Part shown: positions 27,881-38,765 of the stretch, piece after piece
Layout: each line of letters starts with the position of its first letter
Numbering within the stretch: position 1 is the stretch's first letter
NCBI RefSeq assembly: GCF_026626665.1
Contig: NZ_JAPNKE010000002.1
Span: forward strand, 1,229,204-1,293,203
Length of the DNA: 64,000 nucleotides
Direction of reading: 5' to 3'
DNA from: Nannocystis pusilla
Lineage (GTDB): Bacteria > Myxococcota_A > Polyangia > Nannocystales > Nannocystaceae
The notes under the pieces: generated by a model
The model's input: the letters and a program-made list of their open reading frames with translations, nothing else
Database searches by the model: none
Told to the model about the DNA's origin: nothing
Position numbers and translations under genes: made by a program

Positions 27881-30524
27881 GGTGCCCATGACGCTGAGCG
27901 GGGGGCCGGCGGCGAAGTGGCGGGCGGGCAGGAGGGAGGATCGGGCGGGTGCCCCAGTCGGACACGAAGTTGTACTCGGTGGCGGCCCAGCGGCGGGCCA
28001 GCAGGTTGAAGGCCTCGACGCCGACCTCGACGACCGACCAGCGCACGGCGGCGCTGGCGTCGAGGAGGTGGACGGGGTCGGCGAACTGTCCGTAAGGCAA
28101 TGGCCGCGGGGACAGGTAGGAGTAGCCGAGGCCGACGCGCAGGCCGAGCGGGCGACCCTTGAGCTCCACGAGGTCCTTGTCGAGGCCGATGTCGGCGCGC
28201 ACGACGACCGGCGGGACGTAGGGCAGGAGCTGGCCGGGGACGTAGGGCGGGGAGGGGTTCTCGGCGGTGGCCGGCGGCGGGGCGCGCAGGACGGCGTGGA
28301 CGTAGGTGACGCTGCCGGCGGCGACCAGCCACGGGAGCGGGCGCGCGATCAGCTGGAGCGCGGCGCCGGCCCGCCGCGTCGGACCGACTTTCTCGAGCCG
28401 GCCCTCCTCGGGGTCGAAGGCGAGGTCCTGGGCGAGGAAGGTGGCGAAGCCGGCGGCGCTGAGCTGGAGGCGACCGCCGAGCGGGCTCATGCGCACGCCA
28501 CCCTCGGTGCTGTGGACCTTGGCGAACGGGGCCCGCTCGCCCTCGTCGAGCTGGCGCGCCTGCGGCGAGCGGTAGCCCTGGCCGTAGGCGGCGAACAGGC
28601 TGACCCAAGGGACAGGCGCGACCTCGAGGCTGACGCGCGGGCCGGCGGCCACGCCGGTGGCGGTGCGGCGGTGACCGACGAGGTGGCTCTCGACCTGGTA
28701 GGGGGCGATGAAGTTGCCGAGGCGGTCGTCGATGTCGTAGTGGAGGACGTCGGCCCGACCGCCGCCGCGCAGGCGCACGCGCTTGCCGAGGCGGAGGTCG
28801 AGGTCGCCGTAGAGGCCGACGTCGCTGGCGAGGACGGTGGCGTCGACGCGCCGGTCCCAGGTCTCGTTCTGCGGCGCTTGCAGCAGGTTCTGCGCCTGCT
28901 GGATGTTGTGGATCCGGGCGGCGGCGCCGACCTCGAGGGCGGCGTGGAACCACGGGGCGGGGCGCCATCCGGCTGTCCGATGGGACAGGCGCATGCCGCC
29001 GCCGAAGTCGCGGTTCTGCTGCTCGATGAGGTCGCCGCGGCCGACCCACTGCGGCATGACGACGCCGCGCTGGGTGTAGCCGGTGAAGTTCTCGCGGCTG
29101 TGGAGGTCGACGAGGGCGGTCCACACGGCCATGCGGGTGACCGCGCCGCCCTCGCCGCGGCGCTCGAGCTCGAGCGAGAGGTGGCCGCGCGCGGCCGAGG
29201 CGGACTGGCTGTTGGCCGAGGGGTCGCCGTAGCTGTCGTAGAAGCCGACGACGCCGGCGGCGACGTCGTCGCGGCGCAGGACGCCGGCGAGGCCGGCCCG
29301 CGCGGCGTAGGCGGCGACGTGGACCTTGCCGCGCCAGCCGCCCGCGGCCGAGAAGGCGAACTGGCCCATGGCCATGCCCGAGAGGCCGCCGCGGTTCATG
29401 CCGAAGCCGCGGGTGCGACGGACGGCGGCGGCGGCGAAGGTCTCGTCCTCCTGGCCCTTGGGGGCCCACAGGACGAGCTGGCGGAAGGTGGCGAAGGAGC
29501 CGCCGGTGCTGCGCAGCTGGATGCCGCGGCGCGGGACGGCGAGGTCGAAGTCGATGCTGCCGGCGACGGCGAAGTCGCCCTGCCGCGGGTCGTAGACGCC
29601 CTCGGTGACGCGGATCGATCGTACGGTCTCGGGGACGATCCAGTTGAGGTCGGCGTAGCCCTGGCCGTGCAGGTGCGAGACCTGGTTGAGCGGCAAGGCG
29701 CCGGCGGTGATCTCGATGTCCTGGCCGTGCGCGGCGTTGAAGCCGCGCAGGGTGATCTCGTGCGCCACGGCCTCGCCCTCGGCCCGCGCGACGTAGACGC
29801 CGGGGGCGCTGCTCAGCATGTCGGCGGCGCTCTGCCGCGGCGGGGCGGCGAGGACGTCGCGCTCGACGACGAAGTCGCTGGCGGCCCGCGGCGGCGGCCG
29901 CCGGCTGCGCGCGGCGACGTCGAGCACCGGCTCGGGCTGGCTGGCCGAAGGGGCAGGTTGGGACGGGCTGGCCGAAGGGGCAGGTTGGGACGGACCCGGC
30001 TGGCTGGCCGAAGGGACAGGTTGGGGCGGACCCGGCTGGCTGGCCGGAGGGACAGGTTGGGAGGGGGCCGGCTGGCTGGCCGGAGGGGCAGGTCGGGAGG
30101 GACCCGGTTGGCTGGCCGAAGGGGCAGGTTGCCCGGGCGGGGCCGAAGGGGCAGGTTCACCGGCGGGCGCCTCGGCGGGCTGGGCCGGCGGGGCGAAGTT
30201 GAAGGGCACGCGGATCTTGACGGCCACCGCGACGTCGTCCCGGCGCGCCGGGTCGAACCGCCACTGCTTGACCGCGGCGACCGCGGCGTCGTCGAAGGCC
30301 GCGCCGCCGCTCTTCAGCACCTCGACGGCGCCGACCCGCCCGTCGGCCTCGACGGTGACCGCCAGCTTGACCGCGACGACGTCGCTGCGCGCCTCGGCGA
30401 GCGGATAGACGGCGTCGACCCGGGTCCGCGGGCTCGGCGGGACGACCGCGGGCGCGGCCCAGCCCGGCGAGGCCCACAGGCACGCCGCGAGGCAGGTGCA
30501 GAGCGTGGCGCGAGCGCGTGGCAC
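27866..30524 (-). CDS. TonB-dependent receptor with N-terminal TonB-C-like domain and Pro-rich repeat linker; apparent 1-nt frameshift near 27935
   Basis: Signal peptide, TonB-like block (VKLAVTVEADGRVGAVEVLKSGG...AVKQWRFDP), SQPxPSxPAPPA repeats, plug and barrel. The true C-terminus ...PLSVMGTLTLHF* (terminal aromatic) is in a shifted frame. The listed ORF instead runs on to 27066 in the wrong frame. Confidence 0.8.
29930..30170. repeat. ~30-bp tandem DNA repeat encoding the Pro-rich linker of the TBDR (coding)
   Basis: GGCTGGCTGGCCGAAGGGGCAGGTTGGGACGG repeated ~7 times; translates on the minus strand to ...SQPGPSQPAPSASQP... Confidence 0.6.
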
Positions 30525-30749
30525 CGGGATCGAACGGTTAAGAGATCCCGGCCGAGGCCGTCAAGCGAGCGGGCCGCTCTCGCACTCGAGTCGCTGTTGT
30601 CAGCGGACTGCAATTGCAATGCGAGTGCATGTGCGGATGGCGCGCGAACAGGCTTCGGGCGGGCGAGAGGGGCGTGCGCGGGCGCGATGGGCCGATCGAC
30701 GGCGCGAACCGGCGGCGCCGGCGGTCGCCCGGTCGGAGTTAGGTCACGG

Positions 30750-32195
30750 TCAACCCGGCGGGCGGTCGCCGCCGGCGATGTCGGGCGCGCCGTCCATCAG
30801 CGGCCGCGGATCGCCGTCGACGTCGGTCCGCGGGTCGCCCTGCTTCCAGCGGGCGACGCCGGCGAGCGGGAGGCCGTCGCCGAACACGTGCAGGTCGCCG
30901 CCGTTCCAGTCCATGAAGATCTGCGGGACGGCCTGCGGCGGGATGACGCTGGTGTTGGTGTCGGCGTTCTCCAGCTCCGCGGCGCTGACGAGCGAGTCGG
31001 AGAGCTGGGCCGCGCTGGTGGCACAGGAGAAGGTGTCGACGAGGCCGTGGCTGAGGAGCGCCGAGTTGCGCGCGTCGAGCCCGGCGGTGCCGTCGAGGCA
31101 GGCGAACAGGCCCGACTCGTGCTGGGTGACGTCGCCGAGCGTGGTGTAGAGGAGGTTCGCAGTGCTGGCGGCGCCGATCTCGAGCGCGGCGCCCATGTTG
31201 AAGTGGGCGACGAGGCTGTTCTCCAGCCGCAAGGTGGCGCCCTCGGCGATGTGGATCGAGTAGAGGTTCTGCGCGAGCTGGTTGCGGCGGACCACGGTGG
31301 TGCACTCGGCGGCCGAGATGGCGCGACCGCCGTAGCCGACGATCCGGACGTCGTCGAGCCACAGCTGGGCGGCGGCGCGGCAACGGACCGCGGCGGCGCC
31401 CTGACCGTCTTCGATGCGGATCCGCGCGACGTAGAGCTCGCTGTCGATGGCGAGGTCCTGCATCTCGAGGCCGAGGAGGACGGCGGGCTCGACGTCGACG
31501 GTGAAGGTGGTGAGCTCGCTGCCGAGGACGGCGATCTTGCGCCCGCCCTGGTCGAGGTGGATGCCGGTCGCGTAGGTGCCGGGGAGCAGGTGGACGACGA
31601 GGTGCTCCGCGTCCTGGTGCTGGGACATGGCCTGGGCGATCGAGCAGCACGGCTGGTCCTCGGCGCAGGACTGCGCGCCGCAGACGAGCGCGGGGTCGAT
31701 GAAGGCGTGGCTGGTGCTGGCCTTGGGGAAGCAGACGCCGTCGTCGAGCTCGCAGGCGGTCTCCGGGCAGTCGTCGTGCTCGCGGCAGGCGCGGCAGACG
31801 TGGTCGACGGGGTCGCACACGCGGCCGTCGCAGGTGGCGCTGTCGATGCACTCGACGCACTGGCCCTCGTGACACTGCTGGCCGGGCCGGCACTCGGTGG
31901 CGCTGTCGCAGGGGCACACGTCGAGGTCGCAGGGCTCGCCGGTGGTGTCGGTGCCGGTCGAGGTGTCGCCGGTGAGGGTGACGGTGCCCTCCTCGCCGCT
32001 GGTGGGCCCGGTGGGGCCCAGGCTGGTGGCCGGGCCCTCGCCGCTGCTCGTGCTCCCGGGCCCGACCGTGGCGGTGCTCGTGGTGGTCGGGCCGTCGCTG
32101 CCGCCGGTGTCGGTGGTGTCGCTGCCCGCCGGGTTGAAGCAGGCGGCGAGGAGGAGGGATGACGCGAGGGACAGGGGGGATGTCTTCACGGTCAT
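30750..32195 (-). CDS. Secreted lipoprotein with Cys-rich module and probable parallel beta-helix region
   Basis: LLLAAC lipobox, T/S/G linker, Cys-rich block (CDLDVCPCDSATEC...CVEC...CRAC), then NxxG/right-handed beta-helix-like repeats. Confidence 0.55.
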   Translation of the reverse strand: MTVKTSPLSLASSLLLAACFNPAGSDTTDTGGSDGPTTTSTATVGPGSTSSGEGPATSLGPTGPTSGEEGTVTLTGDTSTGTDTTGEPCDLDVCPCDSATECRPGQQCHEGQCVECIDSATCDGRVCDPVDHVCRACREHDDCPETACELDDGVCFPKASTSHAFIDPALVCGAQSCAEDQPCCSIAQAMSQHQDAEHLVVHLLPGTYATGIHLDQGGRKIAVLGSELTTFTVDVEPAVLLGLEMQDLAIDSELYVARIRIEDGQGAAAVRCRAAAQLWLDDVRIVGYGGRAISAAECTTVVRRNQLAQNLYSIHIAEGATLRLENSLVAHFNMGAALEIGAASTANLLYTTLGDVTQHESGLFACLDGTAGLDARNSALLSHGLVDTFSCATSAAQLSDSLVSAAELENADTNTSVIPPQAVPQIFMDWNGGDLHVFGDGLPLAGVARWKQGDPRTDVDGDPRPLMDGAPDIAGGDRPPG

Positions 32196-32393
32196 GCTCT
32201 TTCGGTCATGGTGGTTGGGTCATGAAACGAAGGACAGGTGAGCGGCGGCGCCGACCAGGCCCGGCGAAGCGGCGCCGGTCGGCCCGCAGCGGCGCAGCGA
32301 GCCGACGAGCGGCGGGCTCGACCCGAGGAGGACGCGGGCGAGGGCGAGCGAGCGGGCATGACGGCGCCTGGTCGTCAGGCCGCGGGCAGGGCT

Positions 32394-34094
<1,701 letters not shown>

Positions 34095-34911
34095 GCCTGG
34101 TCTGGCTTACCTACACCAGCCGTCGCCGATCTGCACGCTAGAACGAAGTCCGTTCTGGAGCGAGGCGGTGTGCGGGCGGCGGTGCGCCGGGCGGGCGGAT
34201 CTGCGCTGAAACGGCGTCTTTTGCCATGTTGGGGGCGAAACGTCGAACGGCACGGGTGTGCTCGCGGCGATCGATCGCCGGCGGTGCAGGTGTCCGGGAT
34301 CCTCCCGGCTGCTGGCCGTGATGTGGGTCCCCGGCGCTGTTCGCTGCCCGTCGGCTGCGGTTCTCGTGCAGCGACCGCTGCGCCGGGAGGCGTCGTCGCG
34401 TGCGTGCGCCGACCTCGGGGCGCGGGGCCTCAGGCTCGTCGCACGAGGCTGGCGGACGCGACGGGAGATGACTGGGCGAAGGTCGACGAGGGCCGTGAAA
34501 GCCTCGACCGCGAGGGGGCGAGCCGTCGAACGCGAAGGCGTCGCCGTCACCGGGACGAGGGGCGGCGAGCGGCGCTGCAGCGAGGTGGCGGTCGGCGCCC
34601 TGGACCCCCGCAGCGGCCCTCGCAGCGGCTGCCAGAGGCCCGGCGGCGCGCCGGCGGCGCGGATCAGCGCGACGCTCGACGGGCGCAGGTGTTGTACACT
34701 CGCGCCGGTTTTTCCCCGGATGTCGCGCCGCCTCGCCCGCACCTGGTCGGTCGCCCTCGTCGAGGTCGACTGTGCCTGTGCGGGCCCGGACGGGCCGCCC
34801 CCTCGGCCCTGCCTGCAGCCCGGCCCTCGCCCCCCGAGGCGCCCTGCTGACCGCGCCGGCGCGACGCACCGGTCCGATCCGCCCTGCCCCTTCGGACATC
34901 CCCCCCACGAC

Positions 34912-35796
34912 ATGAAGCACGCCACGCGTCCCTCTCGGGTCCTGTCCCTCCTCACCGCGCTCGCGTTGCTGGCGCCCTCGCCGGCGCCGGCGGCCCCCGC
35001 CCAGGACACGAAGGCGCTGGCGGCGTTCGAGGCCGGGTTCAACGAGGGACAGGCCGAGTTCGACCGCGGCGAGAACCTCGCGGCGGCGCGCACGTGGATC
35101 GCGGCGGCGGCCAACCTCAAGGAGACGACGGCCCACCGGGACAACCGCGCCGCGGTCTACGAGTACGTGGTCGACGCGTTCACGCGCGGGCTGCAGGGCG
35201 AGACGCGGCCCGAGGCGCTGCGCGAGGCGGCCCAGGCGCTCGACGCCTACTGCGAGGGCTTCACCCGCGCGTACGGGACCGAGACGCCGATCAGCCCGAA
35301 GATCGTGGCGGCGCGCGACGACTTCAAGCAGCGGCTGGCCGAGGCCGAAGCGGCGGCCGCGGCCGAGAAGCCGCAGGTGCCGGACGCGGTCGAGGGCCCC
35401 GAGGAGCTGCCGCCGCCGCCGCCCGACGCCGTGCCGGCGGCGAAGCCGTGGAAGGGGCTGGCGATCGGCGGCGGGGTGATGATCGGGCTCGGCGTGGGCG
35501 CGGCGGTGGTGGCCGGGGTCGGCGGGGCCCGCGTCGCTTCGCTCGAGAAGCAGGTCGACGACCCGGCCAACATGTGCGTGCTCAGCATGCCGTCGCCGTC
35601 GTGCCAGGACCTGCTCGACCGCGGCAAGGCGGCCGAGTCGATGACCATCGCCGGCGCGGTGCTGGCCCCGCTGCTGGCGGGCGCCGGCGTGGCCCTGCTG
35701 GTCGTCGGGCTCAAGCGCCGCTCGCAGGCCAACACGGCGTTCGCGCCGGCGCTGGCGCCCGGGTTCGTCGGGCTCAGCCTGCGCGGCTCGTTCTGA
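34912..35796 (+). CDS. Hypothetical secreted/membrane protein
   Basis: MKHATRPSRVLSLLTALALLAPSPAPA signal, two C-terminal hydrophobic helices. A motif copy (CCCCTTCGGACATCCCCCCC) sits 10 nt before the ATG. Confidence 0.5.
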   Translation: MKHATRPSRVLSLLTALALLAPSPAPAAPAQDTKALAAFEAGFNEGQAEFDRGENLAAARTWIAAAANLKETTAHRDNRAAVYEYVVDAFTRGLQGETRPEALREAAQALDAYCEGFTRAYGTETPISPKIVAARDDFKQRLAEAEAAAAAEKPQVPDAVEGPEELPPPPPDAVPAAKPWKGLAIGGGVMIGLGVGAAVVAGVGGARVASLEKQVDDPANMCVLSMPSPSCQDLLDRGKAAESMTIAGAVLAPLLAGAGVALLVVGLKRRSQANTAFAPALAPGFVGLSLRGSF

Positions 35797-35814
35797 GCGG
35801 GGCGGCCGGTCGGG

Positions 35815-36110
35815 GCGCTCGGCAGGGGTGAGGGACATGTCCGAGAGGGCATGTGATCGGGGGCATGTTTTTTCGGGCATGTCCGAAGAGGCAGGCTTCG
35901 CGGGCGGTGAGCGCGGGGTCGGCGCGGGCATGTGTTCGGGGGGATGTTTTTTCGGGCATGTCCGGAGAGGCAGGCTTCGCTTGGTCGGTGCGGGCACGTG
36001 CTCGGGGCATGCGCTCGCGGACTCCGCGGGACAGAGGGCGTTCGAGGGGCGGGCGGACATGTCCTCGGCGACATGTGCTCGCGGGCATCCGCGATGAGCA
36101 GGTCGCGGGC
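35815..36110. repeat. Dense motif cluster with a ~80-bp direct repeat (GGGCATGTTTTTTCGGGCATGTCCGRAGAGGCAGGCTTCGC x2) upstream of the RND efflux operon
   Basis: Read directly. At least 8 GGGCATGT/GGACATGTCC cores in 300 bp. Confidence 0.7.
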
Positions 36111-36264
36111 TCTCAGTCCAGGTGAAGGCGCGGAGGTGCGGGCCGGCGCTGTCGACCCGTCGATGCCGGGCGGCGACGGGTCACTGACTGAAGCTGTCTG
36201 AAGGAGCATGTCCTGAAGGCCATTTTCATCCCGGCCGCCGACCCCGAGGCGGCCGGGCGCCCGC

Positions 36265-37599
36265 TTGCCGGCCGTGGCCGCTGGCATACACCGTCGCGTG
36301 TCTCGCTCGCAGGCCCGTGCGCGCCGGCTCCGCGTCCGCGGGGCGGGGCTCGTGCTCATCTGGCTCTCGGGCCAGGCGAGCGCGGCGCCGCCGACGCCGG
36401 TGGAGGCGATGCGCGTGGAGGAGGCGGTCGACGAGGCGCTGGGGCACAACCTGGAGCTCCTGGCGCGGAGATACGAGGTGCCGCTGGCGCGGGCCGAGAT
36501 CGTCTCGGCGCGGCTGCGCCTGAACCCCACGCTCAGCTTCGGCGCCGACCACCTCGACCTGCTCGGCACGCACTACGACAACGTCAACCACGCGGGCCCC
36601 GAGGAGTTCTTCGTCCGCACCGACTGGCTGTTCCGCGTCGGCCGCAAGCGCAAGCGCCGGATCGAGGTCGCCGAGACCGGCGTGGCGGTCGCCGAGCAGC
36701 GCCTCCGCGACGCGGTCCGCCTCCTGGTCCGCGACGTGCAGTCCGCCTGCGTCGACGTGCAGGCCGCGGCCGCGGCGGTCGAGCTCGCCGAGGTGAACCG
36801 CGACCTGTACGCCCGCGTGGTCGCGCTCAACGAGGTCCGCGTGGCCAACGGCGACCTGGCCAAGGTCGACCTGACGCGCGCGCAGATCGCCGAGCTGCAG
36901 GCGAGCAACGAGCTGCGGCAGGCGGAGGGGGCGCAGCGGGTCGCGAGCAACAACCTGGCGCTGCTGCTCGGCCGCACCGCGTCGGCGGCTGCGATCTTCG
37001 TCACGGGCGAGATGCGGGCCGACGCGAGGCCGCGGGCGCTGGCGGAGATCCAGGCCCGGGCGCTGCGCGAGCGGCCCGATCTGCGGGCGGCGCACGGCGA
37101 GCAGCGCTTCACCCAGCTCGACGTGCGCCGCCAGATCGCCGAGGGCAAGATCGACCTGAGCGTCGGCGTCGAGGCGCGGCGCCAGCAAGGTCTGGCCGGC
37201 ACCGGCAACTCGCTCGGGTTCTTCGTGGTGGTGCCGCTGCGGCTGTTCGACCGCAACCAGGGGCAGATCGAGCGCTCGCGCCAGCAGGCGGCGCAGGCCG
37301 ACCAGCGGGCGCTGGCGGTGGAGCAGGCGATCCGCTTCGAGGCGGCCAACGCCCACGTGGCCTACGAAGTGGCGCGCGAGCTGCTGGCGAGCTTCGAGGG
37401 CGGGATGCTGGCGCGGGCCGAGCGGGTCCTGGCGACGGCGGAGTACGCGTACCGCCGCGGCGAGGCCAGCCTGATCGAGCTGATCGACGCCCAGCGAGCC
37501 CACAACGACACGCGCCGGACCTACAACGAGGCGCGGGCGGCGTTCGCCCGGGCGCTGTACGAGATCGACGCGGTGACGGCGAGCGGAGGATGGCAGTGA
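36265..37599 (+). CDS. TolC-family outer membrane efflux protein (CzcC-like)
   Basis: Signal peptide and two TolC repeat halves. First gene of the three-gene efflux operon. Confidence 0.8.
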   Translation: MPAVAAGIHRRVSRSQARARRLRVRGAGLVLIWLSGQASAAPPTPVEAMRVEEAVDEALGHNLELLARRYEVPLARAEIVSARLRLNPTLSFGADHLDLLGTHYDNVNHAGPEEFFVRTDWLFRVGRKRKRRIEVAETGVAVAEQRLRDAVRLLVRDVQSACVDVQAAAAAVELAEVNRDLYARVVALNEVRVANGDLAKVDLTRAQIAELQASNELRQAEGAQRVASNNLALLLGRTASAAAIFVTGEMRADARPRALAEIQARALRERPDLRAAHGEQRFTQLDVRRQIAEGKIDLSVGVEARRQQGLAGTGNSLGFFVVVPLRLFDRNQGQIERSRQQAAQADQRALAVEQAIRFEAANAHVAYEVARELLASFEGGMLARAERVLATAEYAYRRGEASLIELIDAQRAHNDTRRTYNEARAAFARALYEIDAVTASGGWQ

Positions 37600-38759
37600 G
37601 CGCGCGCGGGTGGTCGGTCGCGCTGTGGCTGATCGGTTCGCTCGGGCCGTGTCGACCGCGGGCGCCGCAGCGCGACGCCGCGTCGACGCCGGCGGCGGTG
37701 CCGGGCGGTTCGCCGCAGATCGAGCTGCCGGCCGACTCGCCGATGCTGTCGAGCCTGAAGATCGGCGAGGTCACCGCGCGCGAGCTGTCGACCGACGAGG
37801 TGGTGTCGCCGGCGCAGCTCGAGATCGATCCGGGCAGGTTGTCGCACGTGCTCCTGCCGGTGACCGGGCGCGTGCGCGAGGTCGACGTCCGCGTCGGCGA
37901 CCGCGTGGCGGCCGGCGACGTGCTGCTGGTGCTCGACAGCCCGGAGGCCGACGCGGCGATCGCCCACTATGAGCAGTCCGAGGCCGACGTGCTGGCGGCG
38001 CGGGCCGGGCTGGTCAAGGCCACGGCCGACCGCGAGCGCGTCCACGGGCTCTTCGCCCACGACGCGGTGGCGCGCAAGGAGGTCGACAACGTCGACGCGG
38101 CCCACGCCGAGGCCCGGGCGGCGCTGGTCCGCAGCGAGGCCGATCGCAGGCAGGCGCGCCGACGCCTCGGGCTGCTCGGGCTGCGCGCGGGCGACCGGCG
38201 CGACACGATCTCGGTGCGCGCGCCGATCGCCGGCAAGGTGCTCGAGCTGCACGTCGCGCCGGGCGAGTTCCACTCCGACACGGCCCAGCCGCTGATGACG
38301 ATCGCCGACCTCAGCGTGGTGCTGGTGACGGCCGACGTGCCGGAGAACCTGATCCGCTTCGTCGGGCTCGGCGAGTCGATGCAGACCGAGCTGGCGGCCT
38401 ACCCGGGCGAGACGTTCGCGGCCAAGGTGGTGCGGATCGCCGATACGGTCGAGCCGAAGACGCGGACGATCAAGGTGCAGGCGGCGCTGCCGAACCCCGA
38501 CGGCCGCCTGCGCCCAGAGATGTTCGGTCGCGTGCGTCACTCGCGGGCGACCACGTCGATGCCGGCGGTGCCGCAGTCGGCGGTGCTGCACCGCGACGGC
38601 GGCGACGTGGTGCTGGTCGAGCGCGGGCCGGGCCGCTTCGAGGTCCGGCCGGTGCGGATCGGGGCGCGCAGCGGCGAGTGGCTCGGGCTGGCGGAGGGGG
38701 CGAAGGTCGGCGAGCGGGTGGTGATCGACGGCGGGCTGTTGCTGCTGCCGTCGGAGTGA
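37590..38759 (+). CDS. Efflux RND periplasmic adaptor subunit (HlyD/CzcB-like)
   Basis: Lipoyl/beta-barrel adaptor blocks (VDVRVGDRVAAGDVLLVLDSPE...IRAPIAGKVLEL). Overlaps the upstream gene by 10 nt. Confidence 0.85.
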   Translation: MAVSARGWSVALWLIGSLGPCRPRAPQRDAASTPAAVPGGSPQIELPADSPMLSSLKIGEVTARELSTDEVVSPAQLEIDPGRLSHVLLPVTGRVREVDVRVGDRVAAGDVLLVLDSPEADAAIAHYEQSEADVLAARAGLVKATADRERVHGLFAHDAVARKEVDNVDAAHAEARAALVRSEADRRQARRRLGLLGLRAGDRRDTISVRAPIAGKVLELHVAPGEFHSDTAQPLMTIADLSVVLVTADVPENLIRFVGLGESMQTELAAYPGETFAAKVVRIADTVEPKTRTIKVQAALPNPDGRLRPEMFGRVRHSRATTSMPAVPQSAVLHRDGGDVVLVERGPGRFEVRPVRIGARSGEWLGLAEGAKVGERVVIDGGLLLLPSE

Positions 38760-38765
38760 GGATCG

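Noticed and set aside
34100-34910. Possible gene in the 800-bp divergent intergenic region (ORF 34258.. N-terminal part)
   Set aside because: No signal of conserved protein. Composition is that of non-coding high-GC DNA. Treated as a promoter region.
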